NCBI GenBank assembly: GCA_964016885.1
Contig: OZ024740.1
Coordinates: forward strand, 67,456,001-67,520,000
Length of the DNA: 64,000 nt
DNA from: Eledone cirrhosa
Taxonomy: Eukaryota
Direction: 5' to 3'
Part shown: one piece after another, positions 27,672-41,494 of the stretch
How positions within the stretch are numbered: position 1 is the first letter of the stretch
Layout of the letters: each line of letters opens with the position of its first letter
Notes under the pieces: model-generated
What the model saw: only the letters and a program-made list of their open reading frames with translations
Told to the model about the DNA's origin: nothing
The model's database searches: none
Translations under genes and position numbers: made by a program

Positions 27672-29698
27672 ATAATGCTTTCTTTATTAACTTCAAGGGT
27701 TTACATAAAGTAGACATTAAGGACATACAGGACAATACAGGACGATACAACAGGGCATTTCTGCGTGTAAAGAAACAAAAACAGATGATGTAACAAAAAA
27801 ATAACAATGGAAAATTCCCCAATAGGGGGTAGACTTCCGAGGGACATTCGTGGAGAAAGCTCATTAAAAAGCCAGTGACCCTGACCACCAGGACAAGTGC
27901 CCTCTCACAGTTTTCCACCTTTAATTTACAGACACATACTCAGAGTAGGCCGATTCACTCGGGCCATTCTTGCCACTCTCACCCATCATTCAACAAAACG
28001 CTGGGAAGAGAGCACTTCACTCTCTACCCTGGATTTCCTTTTCAAATGAAATTTGAATAAATTAATCAGTGCATCACCGAAAAGGTAAGTGCTCGTCTTC
28101 AACCCTTTCAAACGTGTCCACCATACTATCTCTCTCGCCATGGCCACCAGACAGATAAAAATTGCCTGCACTTCCAGGCTAAAGGAAAAGGGCTGGGCAA
28201 TCCTCACGATAGACTCAACTGATAGCTGGATCCGCCCTACACGCGACAGCAGGTGTTCGACATAAACCCACAAGTCAGCAATGCTCGGGCACTGGACGAG
28301 TGCGTGCAGGACGGTTTCGTCGCCCTACGCGCATCTCGGACATGCCCGGCTGACGGCACCTCCATGCCTGTAGAGTTTATCCCGAACTGGCAAAGCTCCT
28401 CGGTAGCACTGCCTGGCCAGGGATTTCTGGAAGTTGTACATAGGCCCCGGACAAAAATTCTTCCGAGGATATTGGCTAGTTGATTTTCGTCGACGCCTAG
28501 ATTTTCCCCAAGTACGTTGACACTCTTCCCCTCCACTAATCCTCTACAGAACGCCAAGGTGGAGTTTCCACCGATCACATTGCCCGATTGGTCGAGGGCT
28601 GTGAGCGCCTGAAGACATTCAAGTCTTCAAGCGCTCCCCCTCGGTCTTCGCTTGACACAGGACTGCAGCTCCGTCAAGGAGACGAGCTGGGGAAAGACGC
28701 GTCTAGCAAACGGCGACCACACCTGATCACCGTCGAGGAATAGGTGATGTCGTAGCCTCAGCGCGTGTCTGCGCATCATCAGCCACTGCATGCCCAGCCC
28801 TCCACGTAGCGGGTGTTGACAGCTGATGGACCGCCTGACTATCGGAGCGCGTCCCTTCCACAAAAAGCGAAAGAGCAAACGCTCCAGCGCAGTCAAGCGA
28901 GGCTTAAGACAAGGTACGATGGTCAGGTGGTAATAGATGAGTGTCCGTGTGTGTGTGTGAGGTAATGAGTGTACCCTGTACCCATCTTTTTTTACCATTC
29001 TCTTGGCTTCATTTAATTCATCCTGGCTTACCTGGATTGTTTCGCTTTTCTTGGCTGCTTTGGCAAACGACACATTTGCGCTGGTGTTGATGTTATTGTT
29101 GTTATTTTCATTGTTGTTGGTGCTGTTGTTGTTATTGTTATTTTTGTTATTTTTGTTTTTAGTTTTAGTTGTGGTGGTGGTGGCGTCAGTGGTGTTCGGT
29201 GTGGAAGAGTCGATTCTGGGTGAATCTATTTCGATGTCATGAGATAATAATTTTTTTGTTTCTGTTGTCGCTGTGGTGGTGGTGGTGGTGAGGGAGGCGG
29301 CTTTAACACCTGCAGTTTTGGGGAATGGCGGGAAATGAATGTCTGCATGAGTCGAATTTAAATTATTGCTACTGCTTATATTTTTAGTGTTGGCAAACGT
29401 AGTAATATTTACAATGGTGGTGTTGGTGTGAGATGTTAGTTTGTGAGGAAGGGTGTCAGCTTCGTGTGGCTTTGAGTCGTCCATGATTGTTTCAAAGAAA
29501 GTTTTTGTTTGATAATTGTAAAAGTTTAAATTTTTGGCTCAAGGTCGCAATCATTTTGAGTGTCTTTTTCAGAAAGCAATATATGTGAATTTATAAACAC
29601 TTAACAACAAATGTTTTCCATAACTGGCAATTTGAAACAACTGAAAATAACAAACATTTGCGGAGCTCACGATAATGCGATTTCCTACGTAGGTCGCC
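27672..29698 (-). mobile_element. Internally deleted Tx1 derivative B (5' UTR and ORF1 N-terminus fused to ORF2 C-terminus)
   Basis: ORF 28627-29484 joins ORF1-like 'SFAKAAKKSETIQVSQDELNEAKRMV' to ORF2 'IYYHLTIVPCLKPRL..FLWKG'; its 3' ~1.25 kb closely matches element C. Confidence 0.88.
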
Positions 29699-29992
29699 AA
29701 TAATAATAATAATAATAATAATAATCATAATAATAAGGATTTCTTTATTAACCACAAGGGTTTACATAAAGTAGGCATTAAGGACAGTGCAGGACAATGC
29801 AGGACGGTACAAATGGTCATTTCTGCGTGTAAAAAACAAAAACAGAGGATGTAACAAAAAATAACAATGAAAAATTCCCCAATAGGGGGGAGACTTCGGA
29901 GGGACATTTGTGGAGAAAGCCCAGTAAAAAGCCACAATGACCCTGACCACCAAGGCAAGTGCCCTCTCCCAGTTTTCCACCTTTAATTTAAT

Positions 29993-32900
29993 TTACAGAT
30001 ATATACTCAGAGTAGGCCCATTCACTCGGGCCATTCTTGCTTCTCTCACCCATCTTTCAACAAAATGCTGGGAAGAGAGCACTTCCCTCTCTACTCTGAT
30101 TTTCCTTTTCAAATGAAATTTGAAAAAGTCAATCAGAGCATCACCGAAGAGGTAAGTGCTCGTCTTCAGCCCTTTCAAACGTGTCCACCATACTATCTCT
30201 TTCGCCATGGCCACCAGACAGATAAAAACTGCCTGCCCTTCCCGGCTAAAGGAGGAGGGCGGGGCAATCCTCACGATGGACTCAGATGATAGCCGGATCC
30301 GTCCTAAACGCGACAGCAGGTGTTCGACATAAACCCATAAGTCAGCAATTTTCGGACACTGGACGAGTGCGTGCAGGACGGTTTCGTCGCCCTGCGCGCA
30401 TCTCGGACATGCCCGGCTGACGGCACCTCCATGCCTGTAGAGTTTATCCCGAACTGGCAAGGCTCCTCGGTAGCACAGCCAGGCCAGAGATTTCTGGAAG
30501 TTGTCCATAGGCCCTGGCCAGAAAGTTCTTCCGAAGAGATTGGCTAGTTGATTTTCGTCGACGCCTAGAGTTTCCCCAAGTACGTCGTCGCTCTTCCCCT
30601 CCACTAATCCTCTATATAACGCCGAGGTGTAGTTTCCACCGATCACATTGCCCGATTGGTCGAGGGTTGTGAGCGCCTGAAGACATTCCAGTCTCCAGGC
30701 GCTCCCTCTCGGTCTTCGCTTGACCCAGGACTGCAGCTCTGTAAAGGAAACGAGGTGGGGAAATACGCGTCTAGCAAACGGCGACCACACCTGATCACCG
30801 TCGAGGAAGAGGTGGAGATGTCGTAGCCTGAGCGCGTGCCTGCGCATCATCAGCCACGGCATGTCCAGCACCCCACGTAGCGGGTGTTGACAACAGATGG
30901 ACCGCCTGACCATCGGAGCATGTCCCTTCCACAAAAAGCGAAAGAGCAAACGCTGCAGCGCAGTCAGGCGGGGCTTAGGACAAGGTACGACGGTCAGGTG
31001 GTAGTAGATGATGGACCCGATGTACGCGTTAGCCACCTCCGCTCGACCTTTCAGGGATAGCTTCCTCTCCGCCCATTTCTGGGTGAGAGAAACCACCCTG
31101 CTCGTCACCTCGTCCCAGTTTTTGTCCGTCTGTAGGTCCGGACCGAACCAGACACCTAGCAATTTAACCGGTCCGTCCGTCCAGCGTCCGACGACGCTGT
31201 TGGACGGCATGACCTGCCTCTCCAGGTGCCGAGCTGCAGGCCCACTGACTTTTCCTGGTTGAACATTGCTCCTGTCACCGCTTCGTATTCTCTTAGTGTA
31301 GTGCCGATCGCCTCGATGTGTTTGGCGTTCGACACCACTACGGTGACATCGTCCGCATATGCTGACACGGATCTTCCGCATCCTAGTTCGCGTGGGACTC
31401 CCCTCAACGTCTCCAGTTTGTGCAGTAATGGCTCGAGAGTCAATACGTACAAGAGGGACGAGAGGGGACATCCTTGGCGGACCGAGCGCATGATGTTGAA
31501 CGGTTCCGACAGGCGACCGTTCACTCTCACCACAGAGCAGATGTCGCTGTGCATGGCAGCGATCCAGCCTCTGAAGACGGGCCCAAAGACAGCCGCCCTC
31601 AGGACTGCCGCTAGGTAACGATGGTCGACCCTATCGAAAGCTTTCGACTGATCTAAATTGATCAAGGACCCACCCGTGCCATGTTCTTTAGCTACCCTCT
31701 CTATGATGTATCGCATGAGGTGGAGGTTGTCGTGGATGGATCTGTCGGGAATGGCGCATGTCTGCACCTCTCCCACCAGACCACCAACGACAAGCGCCAA
31801 CCACTTTGCTAGCACCTTGGCCACAATCTTGAACTCTGTGTTTAGCAGAGTTATGGGCCGGAAATTATCTATGTTATCTCCCTTGTTCGGATCCTTTCTC
31901 AGCAGTGCCACTGCTCCTCGGCTCACAGAACTGGGAATTCTCCCGTTCTGTTGCCAGTTGCAGTAGACGTCCGCCAAGAGGCCTCCGAACAAGTCTGGCA
32001 TCTGTACGTAAAGTTCATAGGGCAGACCATCCAAACCAGGCGATTTACCCCTTGTGCAGCCAGTCATTGCCTCCCTTACTTCAGCGGCTGTTATCGGCTT
32101 TTCGCAACACTTCGCCTCAGTGGCCGAGAGCCGCGGCAGTCCGTCGAGGTAGACACTAAAGTCCATCCCTCGACCCGGCCCACCGCTTCCCCCGAACGGC
32201 TGAGCGAAGTGTCGCTGAAAAGCTTCACACATTTGCCCGGGATCGAGTAGCATGCGCCCGTCGTGGTCCACCAAAGACCGGATCGTGGCTTTGTTGCCAC
32301 GACGCGCCTCCGCCACTCGGGCCCATTGAACGGCTTTCGTCCCCTCGTGTCTGAGAGCACGCACCCTTGCTCTGACAACGCAGCCTTCGTGCTTTGCATT
32401 GAAGAATTGGTCAAGGGCCAATTTCGCCGCAAGCACGTCAGTCGCAATGCCTTTGCTAAGCGCCTCGTCTAATTTTCTAACTAGTTTTCCCCTCTGCTCT
32501 ATTTTTCTCTATTGCTAAAGCCTTACTAAACCTAATCGATTCTATTCTAATCGCTCTTTTCAGAGCAAACCACCACTTGTTGTTGACGATGGCCCCCGTC
32601 AACGTCCGCTTAACTAGTTCGCTAATCCGGTCACTGTAGGCCTTGCGCACTGGTAAGGACGCGTTTAGCTTCCAGTAGCCGGGTCCTCGTCTATGAAGCC
32701 TATCTAAGTCAAGCACAAAGATCACGAATTTGTGGTCCGTGTAGCTGACTATCTTGAATTGTGGACAGCCTATGCTAGAACTATCTATTTCCCTACAAAA
32801 TACTCTATCTAGATATGATCTGGATGACCCTATGCGGTTTGTTCAAGTCCACATTGGCACATTCGGGAAATCCAATCGGTACCTGTCAGACAGTTCAAAA

Positions 32901-33412
32901 GGCCTGAGCAGGTTGGTGAGGCTCTTGCACCCTCCACCCCTATCCGCTAATCCCACACAGTCCCAGCGTGTATCTAAGATCCCGTTCCAGTCACCCACTA
33001 ACACTAAAGAGCGGGACGTTCCAAGAAAGGTCTCCAGACGCCGGAAGAAATCAGGCCGCCCTGCTCCTGTCGGGGCATAGACGGCCACTAGCCTGAAAGC
33101 TTGCCCGTCTCCGCTGGTCACGTCCAGCACCACCAGCTTACCCTCTGGGTCCAGGAAGATGGCCCGTATGGCGAGATCCAAACCTCTCCGAAAAAGCACA
33201 GCAACTCCTCCACCCGATCCAGGACGGCTGGGAGATGCGTACACATCGTAGCCGCCGAAGATCGGTGCGAAGGCCCGTGCTTCGGAGATTCTGGTCTCGC
33301 TGATGGCCACTACATCTATGTTTAGTGACCTGAGGTCGTTGAGCAGGTGACCCTGCTTCCATGACGACCCCAAGCCACGCGCATTTATGCTGCCTATTCT
33401 GAGTGAGGTCAT
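29993..33412 (-). pseudogene. Tx1 ORF2 (APE endonuclease, reverse transcriptase, C-terminal zinc finger), few disruptions
   Basis: ORFs 32843-33412, 32477-32725, 31156-32436 ('NFRPITLLN..DQSKAFDRV..VRQGCPLS..AYADDV') and 29993-31471. Confidence 0.92.
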
Positions 33413-33447
33413 GATTAAAATAGAGTGGAAAAGATGGGAAAGACCAC

Positions 33448-35550
33448 TTACCGTACTTTTGGTAGAGGAGGGATGGTTTTTACATCCCTTTTCACTTGAT
33501 CGTCTGGTGAAGGTACCGTTGAATCGTCCCTTCGGCTGGTCGTCGGCTCTTGTAAGAGAATGTCTGAATATACTCTTCGATTGATGGTTCCTCCTAGGTC
33601 CCTGAAATCACCAACTGCGTTGGGGAATTTCGTTTTAATGTCTGTGTATTGTTTCTGTGCTATTTTTAGCAGTCTTATGTTAGTTGGCGTTTTGATTGGT
33701 GCTGGTATTATGTAGTCCTGTTGTGAAATGTCTGTGTGTTCAATTATGTAAGTCATTAGTTTCTTGTTGCGTGTATTTATTGCCGTGCATTTGTTTTTCT
33801 GGGGGTGGGGTGTGGTTCTGCTATTTTCTTGTCGTTGTTGCTGGGTGTGTGTGTTTTGTTGTTGTGTTTGCGATGTTGGTGCTTGTGGTGGTGGTGTTGA
33901 AGGTGTTGTTGGCGGTGGGGTTGTTGCCGGTTGTGATGGTGGTGCTAGTGTGGGTGGTGATGGTGTTGGTGGTGTTGCTGCTGTGGGTCTCTTTGCAGTA
34001 GACTTTACCCTTTTCTCATTTCTTTCCTCCCTTTTCAAAGGCGACGATGCGCTGCTTCTGCGTTTGTGCCTTCTTACGACCTTTTGCCATCCCTCTCCCA
34101 CCTCACACTCCATGTCTGATTCTGTGAGGTCGGGGAGGGGTACCAGCTCCACTCTTTCACTTGTTGTTGTAGGTGATGTTTGCACAGGAGTCTCTGTTGC
34201 AGCTGCATTTGGTATTGCTGTTGTTGTTGTTAATATTTCCACTGCTGCTGCTGTTTTTGATTTCCGTGGAGTGGGTATGGGTGCCACGGACCTATCGTTC
34301 CTGGTTGCCGCTTGTCCTGTTGCTGGTAGCCGTGGAGCCGGATTCGGAAGGAGGGGGGGTTTCTCCTTTCTCAGGGTCTTCTCGTTGCAGAAGGCCCTGA
34401 GGTGAGTCTTCGATCCACAGCGAAAGCATTTCGGGCGTTTGCCCTCAACACTTATGGGCAGTTGAGTGCCGTTATCGAAGTCTATCACATCCGGGATAGC
34501 TTCGATGCACTCCTGGTTGGTTTGGATTAGCATCTCAATGGAGGAGCCGACCCAATCTTCTCTTACTTTTTTCTGTACTTGCAGTACAGTTGTTTTGTCC
34601 TCGATTCCGACGAGGACAGACGCGGCCAGCCAAGAAGGGGCCATTCCGGGGGGGGACGTGGGTCAGTTTGACCCTCACAATTTTCTGCCCGCAGTAGGAG
34701 GGCACCAACACCATTTCCTCGCTCCTTAGGGTCACTACTGATTGGGCCTTTGCCTCCTGGGGTGTGGCAAAGAGTACGTCTACGGTGGCATATTTTTTGC
34801 CTCGGGTGATGTGCGTTTTCCGCTGCCACACAGACCCCAGGCTTTTTGTATTTGGGCCTCTGTGGCACTTTCCACCCTACGGGATTTTGTACTTACTGTA
34901 CGGTACGTGACCGTACAGTGCTCTTGGGTTTCGAAAAATGTTTCCGCTGCCTTGCAGATTGCTCGGTGTCCATTCTTTGTCACCATCTTCTTCGCTTCCT
35001 CTAATTCCTCATTTGTTATGAGGATTGTTTCCAAGTTTTTCGCAATACCTGCAAATGAGATTGGTTTTTCTCTGCTGCTGCTGTTGTTGTTGTCGTCAGA
35101 GCTGCTGGTACTTTTGTTGTTGCTGCAGGTACTACGACTACTGCTTCCGCCGCTGTTGCTGTGGTTGTTGTTGGTGTTGCTGCTGCTAATGCTGTTGTTG
35201 TTTATGCTGCTGGTGATGCTGTTGCGGCTGCTACTGTTGTTTTCATTGTCACTGTTGCTGTTGTTATTACGGCTGCTACTGCTATTATTCCTGACGTCAG
35301 ACGAATGAACTTGGTTTTCGTATTTTCCGCACACCTGTTTCGTCGCTGTCGTCGTCGTCGTGGAGAAACCTTGCACGCTTTGCACGAGACTTTTCTTTTC
35401 TTTCGTCACTTGCGAAAGAGAAGGGAGGGAGAGAGACACATTTAAAGAAGGGGGGGAGAGAGACAATCTTCTCTCTGCTGTAGTGGTGATTGAGGAAGAA
35501 GAAGACGGAATGAGTGGGAGTGACGTATGAAATTTCTTTTTCGTAGCCAT
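33448..35550 (-). pseudogene. Tx1 ORF1 (low-complexity N-terminus, CCHC zinc knuckle, Pro/Thr-rich linker), frameshifted
   Basis: 'VEGKRPKCFRCGSKTHLRAFC' = C-X2-C-X4-H-X4-C; ORFs 34780-35550, 34535-34831 and 33448-34644. Confidence 0.85.
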
Positions 35551-35784
35551 GTTGTTTTTTGTTTAAAATGAATATTGGGTACAAAACCCCAATAACTGGT
35601 TATTTAACCCCGAAGGGCCAAATAACGGACAGAAAGACCCCTCTCACGAGGAGGAGGGTGTCTTTATCAACAATTTGGTTCAAGTTTTAAACAATTTACA
35701 GTTGTTTTAACGGTTAAAAATTACTATACCTTACAGAGCCGAGCCTCCGTCAACCATGGCATTCAATAATAATAATAATAATAA

Positions 35785-38700
35785 TAATTTATTTATTGGC
35801 CACAAGGGCTGATATCAAGAAAAACATTACAGACGGCACAGAACGGTACAGGACGCTACGATGTGGATTTTGTGCGTGTAAAGATTTTTATTATTTATAT
35901 AAGAAAAGAAAAAAAGGCATAGAAACATATATATATATATATATAAAGAATAAAAATGAAAATTGAAACAATGAAAAATTCCCCAATAGGTGGGAAACCT
36001 CCGAGGGTTACTCGTGGCGAAAACCACACAAAAGACCACGGCCACCCTGACCACCAGGGCAAGCGCTCTCTCTCAATTTTTCCATTTCTCAAACTACTGG
36101 TGTATATTCAGAGCGGTCCCGTTCACTCGGACCATTCTCGCTACATTCACCCACCTTTCAACAAACTTGCTAGAAGGCAGCACTTGCCTCTCCACCCTGA
36201 TTTTCCTCTTCAAGTGAAACTTGAAAAGGTTAATTAGGGATTCGCTGAAAAGGAAAGTGTCTGTCTTTAACCTTTTCAACCTTGTCCACCACATAATCCC
36301 TTTCGCCATGGCCACCAGGCAGATGAAAACCGCCTGCCCTTCCTCCTCGAAGGAAGATGGCGAGACCATCTGCACAATGGACTCAGTCGATAAGCGGATC
36401 AATCCTACACGCGACAGCAACTGTTCGACATAGCTCCACAAGTCAGCAATGCTCGAGCACTGAACGAGTGCGTGAACGACAGTTTCGTCGCTCTGTGCGC
36501 ATCTCGGACAGGCTCGGCTGACGGCACTTCCGTGCCTGTAGAGCTTATCTCGAACCGGCAAGGCTCCTCAGTAGCACTACCAGGCCAGGGATTTTTGGAA
36601 GTTATCCATAGGCCCTGTGCTGACAGTTCCCCGGAAGAGAGCAAACAGCTGATCTTCTTCGACGCCCAGGATCTCTCCGAGAACGTCGTCGCTCTTCCCC
36701 TCCACTAGTCCTCTATAGAACGCCGAGGTGGATGTTCCCCCGAAACTGGTGCCCAGCTGGCAGAGGGCAGTGAGCGCCTGGAGACATTCCAGTTTCCAAG
36801 CGCTATCCCTCGGTCTTTTCCTGATCCAAGACACCAGCTCCGTCAAGGAGACGAGCTGTGGGAAAACGTGCCTGGCGAACGGCGACCACACATGTTCACC
36901 GTCAAGGAAGTTCATCGCAGCCTCAGCGCATGTTTGTGCATCATCAGCCATGGCATGCCCAGTCATCCACGCAACGGGTGTTGACAGTAGATAGATCGCC
37001 TGATCATGGGAGTGCGTCCCTTCCACAAAAAGGGGAAGAGGAGGTGCTCCATTTTGGTGAGAATTGGACCGGGGCAAGGGACGACGGTTAGGCGGTAGCA
37101 GATGACGGAAGCGATGTACGCATTCGCCAACTCCGCCCGGCTTTCAGGGACAACGTCCTCTCGGCCCATTTCTGGGTGAGGGAGACCACCTAGCTCGTCA
37201 ACTCGCTCCAGTTTTTCTCTATCTGGAGGTCCGGTCCGAACCAGACCCCGAGCAATTTAACCGGTCCGTCCGTCCAACGCCCACGATGCTATCGGACGGA
37301 ATTGATTTGCCTCTTCAGGTGCCGAGCTGCATGCCCACCGACTTTTCCTGGTTTATCTTTGCTCCTGTCACCGCTTCGTATTCCTTGAGAGCTGTGCCGA
37401 CCATCTGGACGTGTCTGGTGCTCGACACCACCACGGTGACGGCGTTGGAGTAAGCCGATTCGGATTTCCCGCATCCTAGTTCGCGTGGGACACCCCTCAT
37501 CGTCCCCAGTTTGTGCAGTAACGGCTCGAGAGGCAATACATACAAGAGGGGCGGTAAGGGACAACCCTGGAGGACCGAGCGCATGATGCTGAACGGCTGC
37601 GACAGGTGTCCGTTCACCCTCACAACAGAGCAGATGTCGCTGTACATCGCAGCGATCCAACCCCTGAAAACGGGCCCGAAACCGGCTGCCTCGAGGACCG
37701 CCGCCAGGTACCGATGATCGACCCTATCGAATGCTTTGGATTAATCCATGTTGATCATGGCCCCACCCGTACCAGGTTCCTTAACCACCCTCCCTATGAT
37801 GTATCGCATGAGGTGGCGGTTGTCGTGTATGGATCTGTCCGGAATGGCGCATGTCTGCACCTCTCCCACCAGACCCTTGACGACAAGCGCCAACCTCGTT
37901 GCTAACACCTTGGCCAAAATCTTGAACTCTGCGTTCAGCAGAGTTATGGGCCTGAAGTTATCGATAACATCCCCCTTGTTCGGGTCCTTTCTCAGCAGCG
38001 CCACCGCTCCCCGGCTCACAAAACTGGGAATTCTCCCGTTCTGCTGCCAGTTGCAGTAGACGTCACCGAACAATTCTGGCATAAATGCATAAAGCTCGTA
38101 GGGCAGACCATCAAAACCTGGTGATTTGCCCCTCGTTTAGTTTGCCATCGTTTCCCGTATTGTTATTGGCTTTTCGCAACACTGTGCTGCGGTTGTCGAG
38201 AGCCGAGGGAGTCCGTTGAGGTATGCACTGAAGACATACACCGATCCGGCTTGCCGCTGATCACGAAAAGTTCAGCAAAGTGCTGCTGAAAAGCTTCACA
38301 CATCTGTTCGTCGGGTTCGTGCAACACGCGCCCCTTGTTGCCACGTCGCGCCCTTTGTTTCCACGTCACGCCTCTGCCACCCGGTCCCATTGGACAGCTT
38401 TGGTCCCCTCGTGTTTCAGAGCACGGGCTGTAGCTCCGATAACGCAGCCTTCCTCTTTTGCGTTGAAGAATTGGTCGAGTGCCAATCTCGCCGCAAGCAC
38501 GTCGGTTGCGATGCCTGTCCTAAACGCCTCTTCTAGCTTTCTGACTATCTCTCCCTCTACTCTATTTTCCTCTATCACAAGTCCTTTGCTAAACCTAATC
38601 GACTCTACTTTAATTGCCCTTTTCAGAGCGAACCACCACCTATCGTTGACGACCGCTCCCGTCAACCTCCGCTTAACTCATACGCTAATCCGGTCTCTGT

Positions 38701-41060
38701 AGGCTTTGCGCGCTGGGAAAGACGCGTTCAGCTTCCAGTAACCGGGTCCTTGTCTATGAAGTCTGTGTATGTCGAACTCACACATCACAAATTTGTGGTC
38801 TGTGTAGTCGACTATTTTAAATTGTGGACAACTTATACTAGCCTTATCTAGTTCCCTGCAGAATATCCTATCGAGATACGATCTGGATGACCCGATGCGG
38901 TTTGTCCATTTCCAGATTGGCACATTCGGGTGATCCAGTCGATACAGTTCAAAACGTCTGAGCAGGTTGGTGAGGCTCTGGCACCTTCCTCCCCTATCCA
39001 CTAGCCCCACACAATCCCAGCGTGCATCCAAGATACCGTTCCTTCGCCCACTAACACTAAAGAGAGGGACGTTCCAAGAAAGGTCTCTAGACGTCTAAAG
39101 AAATTTGGCCGTCCTGTCCCTATCGGGGCATAGACGGCTACTATCCTGAAAGCGTTGCCTTCGGTGCCGGTCACGTCCAGCACCACCGACTCACTTTCTG
39201 GGTCTAGGAAGATGGCCCGTATGGCGAGATCCAATCCTCTCCGAAAAAGGACGGCAAACTCTCCCGCGATCCTGGACGGCTGGGAGATGCGTATACATCG
39301 TAGCCGCCGAAGATCGGTGCGAACGCTCGTGCTTCGGAGATTAAGGTCTTGCTGATGGCCACCACATCTATGTTTAGTGACCTGAGGTCGTTGAGCAGGT
39401 GAGCCTGCTTCCAAGATGACCCCAGGCCACGGGCATTTATACTGCCTCTTCTGATTACGGCCATGTTGGATGAGAAACGGGGCAAGTGAGAAAGAGCCAC
39501 TTACCTTGATCGTGTGGTGAAGGGACAGTAGAACCGTCCCTTTGGCTGGTCATGAGTGTTTCCAAGAGGATGTCAATGTATATCCTCTGAAGTCTACAAC
39601 TGTTTTGGGGAATTTTTGTTTTAAAAGTGTGTATTGTTCTATTGAGATTTCAATGATGCTTATGTTTGTCGGGAGAGTTCTTGGTGTTGGTGGGGTCTAG
39701 TAGTTTTTTCTGTGATGTCTGTGTTTTGCTTTATATATTGTATGAGTTCTTTTTTTGCATTGTTTATGGCTGTGTACTTTTTAGGGGGGAGGGGTGATTT
39801 TGTTGGTGTTTTCTTCTTGTTGCTGTTTGGTGTGTGTGTTTTGTGACGCTGTTGGTCTTTTTGGTGATGCTGGTGGTGGTGTGGTTGTTGTTGGCGGAGG
39901 TGCTTGTGGTGGTGATAGTGATGGTGGTGGTGTTGCTGCAAGTTTCTTTGCTGCCTTTACCCCTCTTTGTGTGCCTTCGCTTTTGGAGGGTGAAGCTAAG
40001 GGTTTTTTTTTTGTTTTTTTTTTGTAGCAGACCGTTTGCCACTTCACTCCCGCAACAAACTCCATGTCGGATTCCGTGGCGTATGCGTGGAGTATGTGCT
40101 CCACGGCTGTTGCTGGTCGTAGTGGAGCCATCTCCCGCAATTTTGTTGCTGGTGCAGCTACTGCAAATGTAGCTATTGGTGTTGCCGCCACTGATGCTGC
40201 TGCTTTAGTTATCCGTGGCCTTGGTACGGGTGCCACGGACGTTGCTCTCCTACTCACCGTTTCTGCGTTTGTTGCCTGCCATGCTCTTGGTAGCAGCGGA
40301 CCAGGTATTGGAAGGAGAGGGGCCTTCTTCTTCGCTGTCTTCTGCGAGCAAAAGGCCCTGAGGTGACCTTTTGACACACAGAGATAACATTTTGGCCGTC
40401 TTCCTTCTACGCTTATAGGGAGTTGGAGTCCTTCCTTGACGTCTATGATATCGGGGATAGCGTCGATACATTCCTGGTCAGTTTGTATAAGCATTTGCAT
40501 GCCTATACCTGACCAGTTCTCTCTCTCCTATTTTCTCTACTTGCAGCATGGTCGTCCTGTCTTCGATTCCAGCAAGGACAGACGTGGCCAGCCAAGGTAT
40601 GGGCACGTCGGGTGGAACCTGGGTCACTTTAACCCTCACAATTTTGTGCCCGCAGTAGGAGGGCACCAAGACTATCTCCTCACACTTTAGGGTTTCCAAA
40701 GAGTGAGACTTCACTTCTTGGGGGGTGGCGAAAATACGTCTACTGAGGCGTACTTTCTGACTCGGGTGATGTGGGTTTTGCGTGCCCAGACTCACCCAAA
40801 GGCCTTTTGGATTTGAGCCTCCGTGGCTCTCTCCACCCGATGTAAGATTTTGCTTACGGTGCGGTATGTCACCGTCCGTAGCTGCTGGTCCTTGAAAAGA
40901 TCGGGTGGAGGTTTTAGGGAGACTCTATTGGAGCGTCTTGTCACCATGGCCCTTGCGACTGCCATCTCTTCCTCTGTGACTAACACTGCTTCGATATTTC
41001 GGGCGACACCTGCAAAAGAAGTGGTCCCTTATTCAGTAGCACCACTATTACTGCCGCTAC
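35785..41060 (-). mobile_element. L1/Tx1-clade element D, 5'-truncated within ORF1
   Basis: ORF2 pieces 36094-39464 (EN, RT, zinc finger); ORF1 'VEGRRPKCYLCVSKGHLRAFC' (39781-40500); 3' end 'cccttgtggccAATAAAtaa(att)n'. Confidence 0.92.
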
Positions 41061-41084
41061 TGGTCTTACATAATACCACCACTA

Positions 41085-41492
41085 TTAATAATTGTTTCTA
41101 TTTTTGGCACAAGGCCAGCAATTATCCAGTACATTACTGGTACTTTATTTTATCAACATCCGTAAGGATAAAAAGTAAAGTTAAGCTCGGCGGGATTTGA
41201 ACTTAGATTGTAAAGGGACGTAACTATGCAGGAAAGTATGGTGTTCGATCCTCTACCGATACTGCCAATTCTTCTAATAGTTATTTCTAGTATAGGCACA
41301 AGGCCAGCAATTTGAGAGGTGGGGAAAGTCGATTAAATCGACCCCAGTACGTTACTGGTGCTTTATTTTATCGACCCCGTAAGGATGAAAGGCAAGGTTA
41401 ACATTGGTAGGATTTGAACTCAGGCCGCAAAGGACCGTAACACTATGCTACAAAGCATTTTGTCTGACTCCCTACAGATGCTGCCAATCCTT
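41085..41492 (-). mobile_element. Two tandem SINE copies inside the Tx1 array, same orientation as the LINEs
   Basis: ~41085-41275 and ~41280-41492 match the SINE consensus including A/B boxes on the minus strand. Confidence 0.9.
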
Positions 41493-41494
41493 CT

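Larger units (their letters stand above)
29730..35765 (-). mobile_element. L1/Tx1-clade element C, full length, least decayed copy
   Basis: ORF1 33448-35550 (frameshifted) and ORF2 29993-33412 in four long pieces with EN, RT and C-terminal zinc finger; both ends bounded by (AAT)n. Confidence 0.95.

Noticed and set aside
28930-28990. Splicing as the origin of the internal deletions in elements B and E
   Set aside because: The junctions do not coincide with the conserved GTAAGT donor, and B has no AG acceptor at the join; microhomology or template switching fits better.
22065-41200. Many + strand ORFs within the Tx1 array
   Set aside because: Antisense shadows of GC-rich or low-complexity ORF1/ORF2 sequence with no recognisable motifs.
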